Source: Phoronis australis
Lineage: Eukaryota > Animalia > Phoronida
Direction of reading: 5' to 3'
NCBI GenBank assembly: GCA_002633005.1
Contig: NMRA01000094.1
Coordinates: 646,597-710,596, forward strand
Length of the DNA stretch: 64,000 nt
Below the pieces are notes generated by a model, which saw only the letters and a list, made by a program, of their open reading frames with translations, was not told where the DNA came from and ran no database searches. Numbering within the stretch: the stretch's first letter is position 1; every line of letters begins with the position of its first letter. The position numbers and the translations under genes were made by a program. This document shows positions 48,489 through 59,722 of the stretch, one piece after another.

Positions 48489-50595
48489 CTGTAAACGTTC
48501 GGGTTAACGCCGTGGGCAGATTAATTGGCGAACTCAAAATTTCAGGGGTGGGTGGTTAACCAGACATTGGCGCTTAAACGTGAAATTTCAAGAAATAGCA
48601 GGTGGGCGTTTAACCGAACATGGGCGCTTATTACGACAGACAGCCGCCCTGCGCACTTAATCTTACCTCATGATCAGTCCCACACTAACAGCGGATGATC
48701 CCAACAAATTTTCTGCTGCCCTTAGATTAGTCATTCACAATTAAATTTACAAAATCGGTGAGTAATAGCCCCGTGCCGTCCTGCGATCTTGTTAGAGCTG
48801 TAGTGCGCAGACGACTAGAGTGACAAAAACTTGATTGCAAGTATTGTCACGCGATCACACTGCAGAAGTGCGCGCGTGCGAGCTACACGAGCTACACGTG
48901 TTGCAAAGGTCACTTGAAATTTATGGTGCTAGCTGTCAAGTCCTGAGACCAGTTCTAAAATTAGATGTAATAAAAGTTTGAACAACTAATTGTGTTTTTT
49001 GTGTTTGGGATGTTTATGTTCGAAACTCCATGACTCAGTCACATTTTCAATGTATGGTTCTGCGGCTAGCTGTTCTATGTCGACGGCCCGGCGTTGCTCA
49101 TTTCCAGTTGCGTGAAACACATGCCGCGCAAAGAAGAAAAGAATCGGGGGTAAGCTGATACGAACCAGACGTCACTCAAAAGTTTTGCAAAGGCATTACT
49201 CAAAAACAAGCACTTGCTTAAGATTTAATTTGAAATAGTACCAACATTATGACTGAGGATAAGTCTAGTGATCGCGTATGTAGTGAAGTCCGAGGAAAAG
49301 ATAATAGTTCGTACACATATCTGCGTTGGTAAAAAATTGTAGATGAAGCCCCAGTTATTCGGGTAACTGGCACTCGTGGTTTGCGCAGTTATACAACTTA
49401 AATTAGTGAAGAGCTCGAACTGGCAACGCATCCTTATCTAGTCATGCCGTGTTGTTGCAACGGGATCCGCGCTCGGCATAACAAAATTTGGAAGTATGAG
49501 CCAAGATCATGGTCGTTTTGTATCTAGTCGCAGCATCAGTGCTGTAGTGGTAAAATTAGAGGTAAGTAGGCGTCCAAAGCCCACTGTATCACCTTGAGCA
49601 CTGAACAGAACTTACGGTGTGTAGGCGCTACATTCAAATGCCAAAAGGTGGTTGGCTGCGCCTAGGTACGCGTATGCCCCACTTCAGTACTGCGCATCAT
49701 GTCACCTGGAAATTCCAACATACGCGAGCCGATTTTTTGGCGTAAAGTAGATACCTGGCAAACATAAGCAACCGCCTCTTTCAATATGCATCTCATTTTT
49801 GTGGCAAAAGGCAGCGGCGGGATTCAGCACACGTAGGTATGAGTCACCTTTGAATCACATATGTTGTCCAAGTAACATACACTCCTGAGTGTGGGAACTA
49901 CTACACACGTGCACCTCTTCAAAGGTCGCAAATCAAAAGAGAACAGCGATAGTGCTAAGTACAGGAGTATACCGGCGTGACTCTGTACTTTAAAGCTGTT
50001 GTTATAAAAGACCCAGTGTTTTACGACATTCCTCCGTTCCAACGACCCAAAACTGCGATATCAAGTCTCTACCAATATTTCCCAACTTGATGTTCTCTGG
50101 GGCGGATGTTCCCTGGATCCGATGTTCTATGCCAGTAGCTAGCTGCGTGCAAGTCATAACCACTAAGACACATCGCTAAAAGCAGAGGTATTGAAGCCGG
50201 GAGGTTCTTAAACTTTGCGAACATGGGAAGAAAATAAAGTGACAAAAACATTCAAGTATTATATTTTGAAGAAAATCCGTGACCCAAGACAACAATTCGT
50301 TACTTGTACTATAATTCACATTGCTAAAACGCCGGCTCGGAGGCCATCATTGCACTCATTGTGATCATCGATCTAAAAAGCAGGGAATTTGCGCGTTTCT
50401 TTAGCACTGGGCGCTAAATCTTCAATCTTTAAAAGTCGGGGATGGGTGCTTAACCGAGAGGTGGGCACTTAACTGGAAACCTTCAAATATCGCAGAGGGG
50501 CACTTAACGGAGCAGTGGACGCTTAAATCAGAAATCCAGCCAAAGTTGGGGATGGGCAGTTAAATGAGCATGGGCGTTAACCCGAACGTTTACGG
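48489..50595 (-). mobile_element. Tc2/pogo-type element, copy 5 (2.1 kb, both ends)
   Basis: TA|CTGTAAACGTTCGGGTTAACGCC ... GGGCGTTAACCCGAACGTTTACGG|TA; no transposase ORF. Confidence 0.85.
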
Positions 50596-50630
50596 TAGTT
50601 GGTACTAAGCTGAGACCTGACCCAAGGTTT

Positions 50631-50728
50631 GGTAGTGTGCCACGGTAGTGTGCCATGGTAGTGTGCCACGGTGAGACTCGAACCCACGACCTTGAGTAAG
50701 GGAAACGGACATGCATAAGACTACCTCC
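50631..50728 (-). mobile_element. tRNA-derived SINE-like head followed by three 13-bp repeats
   Basis: Minus strand ...AAGGTCGTGGGTTCGAGTCTCAC (B box) then (CGTGGCACACTAC)3. Confidence 0.45.
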
Positions 50729-51430
50729 TTTTTTATTAGCAATTGCAAGTACATTAATTTGGCCTTAAGAGAAAGTCCAAAACGCATTATTATTATTATT
50801 TCGCTGAATAATTCTATCAAAATTTCCCTCTGGTTACAAAAGAACACAAGGCTAAATCTGTCCAGTGGCAGTGCTGTTGAGTGATAAGACAGGACTAAGG
50901 TGATTCAATTCACAGTGTACAAGTGGTCAATTTGTGGATTTTCTCTTCAACACCTATGATAATTGGTGAAGTTAGTGTGAACTGGAAGAGAATCAATTGC
51001 TCAAGTGAAGCAGTTTCAGGGCAGACATTAGACTGCATTTAGGATCATGGAGGTGGTGACATGTTTATTATGTGCTGCATTCTTTCATTCCAAGGCAACC
51101 AGTGAAATATTTCATGGGTTGTTGAACAACTGATTATTTGTTGGCTGTAATCATTCACGCAGAAACATAAATCTCTTTGGATAACTTACTACAAATCACA
51201 AAAGTGATAAACAACAATACCCAGATGTCTTTGATTTTGAATTACAACACTATCTCTCACATAGACAACCTTTGTCATCACATTCTCTTTAAGGTTGACT
51301 GTTGACTTTATGTTCATATTCAATGTAGTAATACATTATTTCACAAGAAACCCATGTGATAAAAGGAACTTCACTCAAGGTTTCCAATCCCACATTCCTA
51401 AATCGTCTTCTCTTTTGGCCAGTAGAGTAT

Positions 51431-51840
51431 CCAAGGTACCTAAACTACAGGTCAATGGACTCATAAACACCATCCACTGACTCACAAACACGGGAACGGA
51501 CTCACAAAACACGATCCACGCACCCAAACACAAGAGACACGGACTCATATTCACAAGGAAACATGGTTAACAGACTGCCAAACACGGTTTACGGACAAAA
51601 TGAAGATGTCAGCTGACCCAGGAAGCCGATGAGTCCGTGAACCATGTTTGGCGGTCCGTTAACCGTGCTTCCTCGTAATTATGAGTCCGTGTCCCATGTA
51701 TTTGGGTGCGTGGATCGTGTTTTGTGAGTCCGTTACCATGTTTATGAGTAAGTGGAAGGTGTTTGCAGGTCCATGAGTCGTGTTCATGGGTCCGTGCCCG
51801 TGTTTATGAGTCCCTTGACCGTGTAGTTTAGGTACCTTGG
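51431..51840. mobile_element. Foldback MITE with long inverted arms
   Basis: CCAAGGTACCTAAACTACA...TGTAGTTTAGGTACCTTGG; arms of at least 165 bp; TAT on both flanks. Confidence 0.85.
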
Positions 51841-52234
51841 TATCCCATTATTTGATTGTAAACCCTAGTGTTTGCTAAAAATGCACTTCTGTGCCAAAGT
51901 ACACTGTACACTGTAAGTGAAGAACGTTTTATCATAGCTCACTCAACTTTTCAATTTTTGATGTCTGCATTACAATTCTCATTACAACTCACAATGTTAC
52001 TGTCACTAGAATGACAAAATGGCTGACGAAGGTAAATGCTAAATAAAATAGTGTTACTATGACAACAGTGTACACAGCTTTGGAAGTTGGAACAAGTGTA
52101 CTCATGCACAGGCAGTGTGGCTAAATTCTGCAGAATCAAAGAGGGCGCTGTTGTATTGAAATCTCAAAAAATGCTGTTATAATTTTCTGAATTATCATTT
52201 TTACTGGCAAAATTAATTTTGATTTATGAATTTT

Positions 52235-53191
52235 TGTTTTTTTGTTCGCACTCTACAGGTCGCAGTTTTCGTCCAATTTCCATGAAATTTAAACACAACC
52301 TCAAGTTCCTGAAATCCTGGAAGCCTATTGTTTTTCATCATGATCAGATCCAAGGTGGCAGCCAATTGGCTACTATTTCAGATTCAAACGCTCCTAGAGA
52401 CCGTAATTTTTTAGCTACACAGCTGAAAATCAGCGCATATGTTGTACCGTACATGTTCTACATTTGTGCTGAGAATCATTTACTTCCGGATAAATATGGC
52501 GAAAATATAGGCAATTGCGCATGTGCACCTCGATTTTGGGCAAAAACCATTTTCTCCTGCAGAGGACACATTATTGGACCAATTCTTTTGAAATTTTTCA
52601 GGTATTATTCAGACTTAAAAAACCAGAAGTTGTTTTCAAGATGGCAGATCTGGCACATCGTGACCCATTTTCAGTCGTGCTGGCGTGTTACCTTAAATGG
52701 GAAGAGAAAATGACATGAATTTTTGCATGTGGATTCTCCAAGAAATATTCTTTCAAATGTCTTTGAACAATTTTTTCTCAGACTTACCGTTTTCAAGTTA
52801 TTTGACTTTGAGTTTCAAAACAAACGCAAAATTTCAGTTTCTTCGACAAGTTTACAGAATTTTTCAAAACTACCATGTTAGGTAGAGTTTTGAACGGGCT
52901 TTCAGAAGATGTTTTCCATTTTTCGCTAGGACGTCTACTTTCAAATTATTTGAGATTTTATGATAGCGCTGTTCCATTGTTGACCGGTCTTGCTGCACTG
53001 ATGTTGGTTTAGCTTCTATTGAAGAAGACAGTAGCCTAATTCTTACTGATGTCTGACGTCTTCACTAGTTATGTTATCGTGTTGTTCATATTCCCCACTA
53101 TCATCATCATAATCATCATTGTCGTCGTCATCTCCACTGTCGTCTTTTCGGTGAATTTCGCCAAGTGTCGCTCCTCTGAGCGCTCTCGTTT
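52235..53191 (+). mobile_element. HINE-like family 2, copy 2
   Basis: T-rich 5' flank, GAAATTT-type core motifs, ATC/GTC microsatellite, 3' hairpin CGCTC-CTCT-GAGCG and CTCTCGTTTT. Confidence 0.7.
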
Positions 53192-54087
53192 TGAATTTTT
53201 TAAAATTTTATAGAAATCATTAAAGTTTTATTTTTGATAACCCCTCTTGCAATTTAAAGTAGATCATACAATTGATAGCAACTATTTTTGAGAGCAGTGT
53301 TTAAAGCATATTATCTAAAATTTCGTTAAAATTTGATCCGCTGTTTCTGAGATATGGTGTTCCAAAATTTGCCAAATTCATGCATTTTGCGAGGGTACTA
53401 CATAATATCAAATAATTGTTCAGGCTAACTATAAAAAATGCGATAAATTTGATATTGTTTGTGAATATAAAAAACTGGGATCGTCTGAACAGACCAGATT
53501 GGCAGTTACTGTGGAAGACAGGTCTATGGTCCAATTGTATTTGTCAAGTGTATAATTGATCCGTGCTTTTTACTGGTTACTAAATCACCTGGGACGGTTT
53601 TGTTATTCTGTTGTCATAATTTTTTTTACTGTTTTATCTGGACAGAAAGAGGTCCACAGCCATTCATTAACAGTGAAACTGTAGTCAAAGGATGCAGTTC
53701 TCTGCCATAGGTGGTGCTTCAATTGTCCTAAGCTGTCTATAGGTGGGGCTTCAAATGTCCATAATTGCATTTGGCACCGCTAGCATCAAATCTTTGACAC
53801 AGTATCACTGACTCAACATATCACATGTATGCCTGTGCTGGTGCGACACAAGTGGCTGGTCTGAAGAGTACCGTAACATTGGTAGTGCAGATGTCACTAA
53901 GGAAGAAGGTTGGTGTGTAGTGATAAGAAACCCCAGGCATATATAGACAGTGAATCTGCAATTCAAAAAGCCAAGATACCATGTCATTGTTAACTGAGAA
54001 TCAAAGTGCCGGCAGACATGGAAGGTTTTGTCATCCAGTTCATGTTAAAGCAGAGATGGTAGAAAGTGTTCTTTAGGAAGTTGCTAT

Positions 54088-54290
54088 GGTGACCAGTATT
54101 GGATATGAGATGTGCACTGGCAGAGAGTGACCACATGATAGTCAAGGGTGGCTCATGGTGACCAGTACTGGACATGAGATGTATACTGCTAGAGAGTGAC
54201 CACATGATAGTCAAGGGTGGCTCATGGTGACCAGCACTGGACATGAGATATACACTGCTAGAGAGTGACCACATGATAGTCAAGGGTAGT
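54088..54290. repeat. Tandem repeat, 69-bp unit, 3 copies
   Basis: gtgaccagtactggacatgagatg...ccacatgatagtcaagggtggctcatg. Confidence 0.9.
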
Positions 54291-54862
54291 GGCACTGTTG
54301 GAAGAAGGTGTCCTGTTGACATGTTGTTAGATAACATCATTCCATGACATATTTGTGCCTTGGACTTCACTAGAAGTCTTGGACTTCACTAGAAGCCCTG
54401 AATCAATGGCCTTGACTATACAGCACAGAGGTTTGTTTACCGGACCAACCACTACTGAGGATGTCATTCCAAAGGAAGTTTGTCATATCCTGCAACTAAC
54501 TGATAACGTAGGAACAATCTGTAATGACAATGCACTAAATGATATTTTTAGCATGCTAATTATGCGTTGAGGGACAAAGATGTTTTATGCAATTAGCATC
54601 AGACAGAGGCTTATTGTACCTATTGCAGTGTTCTTGGTCAAGTGTCTGGTGATTTTTGTGATGAGTGTAATGTGGCAGTCAGTGAGAACTGATTATTACC
54701 ATTAGTGATACCTCGCCACTGTAGGATGTGACTGATTCTCTTGACAAGCGGGCAGAGGTTGATGAACTTGAGCTGGATCAAGCTAGCAGTGACTGTGGAG
54801 GAACTGAGAAGAGGAACAGAATGTAAAAGGGTGAGACCAGCTCTGATGGAACACCAGGTGGT

Positions 54863-55780
54863 ATGGTGATTGAATTGTTGAACATGGCAGATGAGAAAGT
54901 GAAGCAGAGGATAGAGACACTTGCTGCTAGGAGTGAACATAATGAGTGTCAGGGTGAAAACTGTAACTTTGATGGTGCTGGAGCTGGTAGAACAAATGTG
55001 GTTGGCTCTACTGTTGGCATAGAAGCTGGTGGTGATTATGGTGTTGATTATGGTGGAAATGTTGCAGTGCCCAGAGGTCAGCAGGAAACCTCTGAGTTTG
55101 GTCAGCGGTTTGAAACTCTAAGGAGCCATCTGTTGTCTTTAGCCCACTCTATTGTGGAACCACAATGGGAAGTTAGTAGGAATTTTGAAGTAGATTTAGA
55201 TGTTGGAGTAAATACCATGCATTTTGTTTTTGAGGATAACGTCAATTTAATCGCTGTTCCATCTACAAATGAGGATTCACAGTGCAGTTTGGTAGAACAG
55301 AGTAACGTCCATACCAAAATGAGGTCACATGGTGCATTTGTTGATGTTCGAAATTTATCATGCTGTCCAGATGTTTACACTAGTGACTCGACCCAAAGTG
55401 AAGGAGAACAAGACAGTGCATATTTACTGGATGAACTGAATGAAGTTGGGAGTAGGAAGCCTGATTACAAACGTAGAAACAGTGGTAGCATGACCGTGGG
55501 AAATACTGTGAAAAGACTGAAAAAGAAAGTTGCTAAGTCTCTGTTTCACTCTGTGAGTCTACCGGAGTTTGACTTTTGGAAACCTTCGTCATTGTTGGGT
55601 GGCAGACAGAAGTATAGCAAGCTAGACAACTCGCAAGTTGATATGGGGTTACATGATGAATGTGGGGTCGTGTCACAAGGGTGTGATCACGGGAGTCATC
55701 ACACTGTGACAGCAGCCGTTGTTGTCATCGACAACGATGAGTGCAATGAGTATACACCTGTGGACAGGTTTCTCGTACAG
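54863..55780 (+). CDS. Large alternative first coding exon (306 aa, acidic and probably disordered) of the PLEKHG5-like gene
   Basis: Longest real ORF in the window; ends FLVQ with CAG|gtaaac in phase 0, compatible with VCHH at 58310. Confidence 0.6.
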
Positions 55781-56504
55781 GTAAACTTTACTCTGGGCAC
55801 TTAAGTGTTGTCAGTGTTGAAAGGTTGCATCGGCCATGATATTAGTTGAATCCATGTACATGATTTTATTTGTGGTGCATGGCTTGTCTGAAGATACAGT
55901 ATACATCAATGGTTGGTTATTGGCTATTATCCTTCATCCTGTTTTTCCACTGGATCATTAGCGAATTTCAACACTATGTGGGCTTTGCTGAATAATTGGC
56001 ACATCTTGACTTATCAGTGGGCTTAAGAAGAGCACTTAATGTCTAACTGCATTAGATAAGGGTTGTCACTTACATATGGGTCCTTTATCTTCAAGTATTA
56101 TTGACCCTAGTTTTTAAAATAATGCCTATCTGGACATGTGCTTCAGGAGATGAGGAAATTTAATGCCTCTTAAGACTGACATGTAAAATTGATTAATGAT
56201 AACCTGAGTAGTGCTAGCCCATGGCCAATACTTCCAAAATTTGACCCTTTCATTCAATCACAGGTCATCTCTATTCCAACTGAATTTTGCTTCATTTTAG
56301 TTAAAAACTTCATGGAATGGATTTGATGTGAATTTGTTCATTCAAAACATAAGCCCAAATAATGCTCATCCAATACAAATTCAAAAAATTATGATTTAAT
56401 ATGAATGTTTTAGCGTACTTTTATGTTGGTGCAGCACCACTTAAAATAGTTGTCGTAGTGAATGACAGCTAAGTGTGCATTATAGCTACTCACTCAACCA
56501 CCGC

Positions 56505-56640
56505 CCTGTGTACCAGTAGCCCTGTGTACCAGTAGCCCTGTGTACCAGTAGCCCTGTGTACCAGTAGCCCGGTGTACCAGTAGCCCGGTGTACCAGTAGC
56601 CCGGTGTACCAGTAGCCCGGTGTACCAGTAGCCCGGTGTT
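56505..56640. repeat. Minisatellite, 16-bp unit, about 8 copies
   Basis: gtgtaccagtagccc(t/g). Confidence 0.95.
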
Positions 56641-57518
56641 CTAGTAATGAGGTTTCTGCCGAAAGCCCCAGTAAATTAGCTGTAAATAATAAGGCAAAGA
56701 CAAACAGGCCTGAAAGTTATGGAATATTTACATTGTAGCAAATCTTTTGACTGATTAGACTCCTGTTCTAAATTGGTTACTGCAAAGGAAAGAGTATTTT
56801 TAAAAGCCAGTGTAAGTTAAAGTGTAAGCCCACATTTCATTCAGGAAGTGTATATTTGAACTACTTTCTGCTTATAAGGTTGGTCTTGACTTGTTCCTTA
56901 CTCAAACTAAAAGTGATTTCTGAGTTAGCCAATAACTGGCATTTCGTTATTCCTTGAGATGATATTGGCTAATAAAATAACACGGCATGACTAGTCAACT
57001 TGCAGAAGCTGGTCCTGAGCAATAAGCAGTTGTCGGTTCTTTCAAAGCGCTGAAAACACGTCTAATTTGACTAAGGAACAAACTGTAACCAGTTTCATGA
57101 AAATAAGCTTTGTTTTTTGATGTGAGGTTGGTTTATGGACCCTTTAAGAACAATAGGCTACAAGGAAATATTGATGTCAACTTTGATCAGCTTTAATTAG
57201 TATATTTCTTGATTTCGCTTTAAAGCAAGTATCGATGCTTGAAGAAGTGATATCACTAAATTTACCCCCTCCCAACACCCACACCTTCCACCCCCCCTCG
57301 TGGATGTGTGGGCGCTACTAGCTTTCGGTGCCGTGATAGACTGAAGACTGATTATTTATGAATCTCAGCCTCTAATGCGCCAGTCATTGTTGCTAAGCCT
57401 TGACTTGTGCAGTACTCCTGAGTCACTTTCAACAATTGTTATTCCTGTTGACTGATTCAGTAACTAATTAGCTCGCTCGTTATTACGTGCTGAATGTGTA
57501 ACTGACTCTCACTTACTT

Positions 57519-57950
57519 GTTATGCTCCCACATATTTATATGTGGACGCATTATGCTGTCATCTGCGTCCGTCCAGGCGACATCCGTCCGGCATCCGCTG
57601 GTCTGTCTCCAAAACAGTTTAACGTATGTTCATGAAATTTTGCACGTGTGTTTCTTTCATTGATGGGACAGCATGAGCGAACTTTCGGATGGATCCGACT
57701 ACTGGTGTGTCTCCTAGTGGCCATTTTAATTTTTTACGTTTACCTCTGTATCTTCAAAGGTTTTCAACGTATTTTCATAAAATTTGGTATATAGGCATCT
57801 ATTGGTAATACGACGGTATCCTCTCGTTTTCGGATGGATTCGGCGTAGTTTGCGCCACCTAGTGGCCATTTTTACTATTTTCGAGACTTTTTGAAGTACA
57901 CCCCTGTATCAACCAAACCGCTTTAAGTATGATTGTGAAAATTGGCCATT
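57519..57950 (+). mobile_element. HINE family 1, copy 3
   Basis: CCCACATATTTATATGTGG, degenerate GTCC tract, colinear with 17864-18320. Confidence 0.75.
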
Positions 57951-58309
57951 TTTATGACACTAATAAGCAACCCTAAAAGCACAGCCTTTGCGTTGCATTC
58001 GTGGGCGCATTTCAACGCTCCGCGTTGCTCTTGTGTTTGAGTATTTATAGTCTGTTGAAATGTTCTGGAAATTTTCATCAATTCCAACACTTCAAGAACT
58101 TTCTACCCAATCATTCTATAAATACATCCAGGGCTCTTGATTATTCCACCACACCAAGGATCTATTTACGCCACCTATGGGCTGAAACCTTCCCTGACCT
58201 CATAGGTCATGCCACTAAAGTACTCCCTGCTAACAATTAGAACAGCCAAATAAAACCAATGTCAGACTACTTCTGGCATTAATTAAATTTCACTCTTTAT
58301 ATTTTGTAG

Positions 58310-58439
58310 GTGTGTCACCACGGCGACTGTCGGGATAGAAACAGTCAGCATCCTCTCTCTCTTTGTGCCGAATGTGATGAGAGGATACACTCTGACCCAG
58401 AGTTCAGAGGTCATCTACGGTTAGATGTACATTCCAAAG
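58310..58439 (+). CDS. PLEKHG5: PLEKHG5-like exon (VCHHGDCRDRNSQHPLSLCAECDERIHSDPEFRGHLRLDVHSK)
   Basis: ttgtag acceptor, AAG|gtaaag donor; strong resemblance to PLEKHG5 VCHHADCQQLHRRGPLNLCEACDSKFH...GHVRFD (recalled). Confidence 0.88.
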
Positions 58440-58817
58440 GTAAAGAATACTTTTTGTTTGTTTTTCTCTAATTTACAAACAACACTTTGCCTGTGTTCTG
58501 TCACTGCTGTGCAGTTATGATGCACTGTTCTTAGTGGAATACTTACTGATGAGTTGCCCTATAAAAAGGCATTTCTCAATACCAGTTGAATTTAGTGGAA
58601 TATCTGCTGGTGAAAGGGTGCAAGTGCACCAATTACTTTCAGTACTGAATCAGCAACCAACGCCATCTATAGGCTGTCCATGTAGCACGCACTACATACA
58701 GTGGTGTACCACGGACCTGTGCTAGTTGCTTGTAACCTTTGAAAATAACAATTTTTTGAGCAGTCTGAAGATATTGTCTAAGGTTCAGTCTGAGTCGTTG
58801 AATCGTGTGTTTTCCAG

Positions 58818-58956
58818 AAAAGAATGGTGTGAGTCAGAGACTATTCTCGGCTCACTCGTTGTTGGACTCTAACAACAGTGAAACATCACCATCAAGCAAC
58901 AGTGCTACCCACCTGGATAATGGCAAAATGAATGAGATTAGTGTAAAAGATGAAAC
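58818..58956 (+). CDS. PLEKHG5: PLEKHG5-like exon (EKNGVSQRLFSAHSLLDSNNSETSPSS...VKDET)
   Basis: ttttccag acceptor, gtaagc donor; phase 1 in, phase 2 out; open frame. Confidence 0.75.
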
Positions 58957-59304
58957 GTAAGCCTTTGTGAATTCATAATGTGTCTTGGGCAAGCTGGTCA
59001 TGATAATGCTATTTGAAGGAGTTTTATACTTTTGTTAGTTCATTATTGAAATAGATGGAGAGTACTTGTTTATAGGTTATTTATTACAAGGGAGTAGCCC
59101 AGGTACTCTAGTTCATAACGCCAAACTTATGATGGCACATATTAATGTTTCTTTATCACTCTGTGTTTATTGCAATGTTTTGGATGTCTTCATGGACCAT
59201 GTCTGGCAATAGCAGGAAATTGTGTAGCATTTTGTTTTATGTAGGATTGTCTTGTGTCAAAACATGATTATTTCATTTCCCTTTATTTAGAGTGCAGTGC
59301 TAAG

Positions 59305-59525
59305 GACTATTCCGAGAAACTGACTTCCACATCTAGTAAGTTGGTCAAACATAGGTAAAAAAATTTAAGTCAAAAACTTAGTCAAAAACTTAAGTCAAAA
59401 ACTTAAGTCAGACTTGAGATCACTTTCAAGGAATGGACTGGAGACAAATTTAAGATTTATCTTTAAATTGACTTAAATTTAAGATTTGTCTTAGCTAAGT
59501 CAGTTTTCTTGAAAGGGGTTCCTGT
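59305..59525. mobile_element. Degraded palindromic MITE (possibly Harbinger-type)
   Basis: GAAACTGACTT...AAGTCAGTTTTC inverted ends; internal CTTAAGTCAAAAA repeats. Confidence 0.4.
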
Positions 59526-59595
59526 TTCTCTGTATTATTTTGTTTACTCCAGCATTTTTTTTTCAATTGCCTCATAATAAATTTTCTTCCTTTAG

Positions 59596-59722
59596 GGAGA
59601 GGCCGGTGACGCCTTCGACAGACACAATAGATGGCACTGATAGTACTGATGCCACAGCAGCTCAGACAGCAGCCAAGTTTAAACGGAAAAAAGTGCTAAA
59701 AAATCGACGTCCTCATACTGAG
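59596..59722 (+). CDS. PLEKHG5: PLEKHG5-like exon (ERPVTPSTDTIDG...KFKRKKVLKNRRPHTE)
   Basis: cctttag acceptor, GAG|gtaagt donor; phase 2 in, phase 0 out; resembles PLEKHG5 KLSKKKARRRHTD. Confidence 0.82.

Noticed and set aside
52219-52885. 164-aa ORF and neighbouring ORFs
   Set aside because: They lie inside a HINE-like repeat whose other copy is not open; no domain motifs
54088-54290. Recurrent in-frame TGA in the 69-bp repeat as selenocysteine codons
   Set aside because: TAA/TAG stops and frameshifts nearby, no SECIS or selenoprotein motif; explained by duplication of one stop-containing unit
56641-56675. Hammerhead-like GTAATGAGG...CCGAAA
   Set aside because: The CUGAUGA core is broken and no convincing stems I/III are seen
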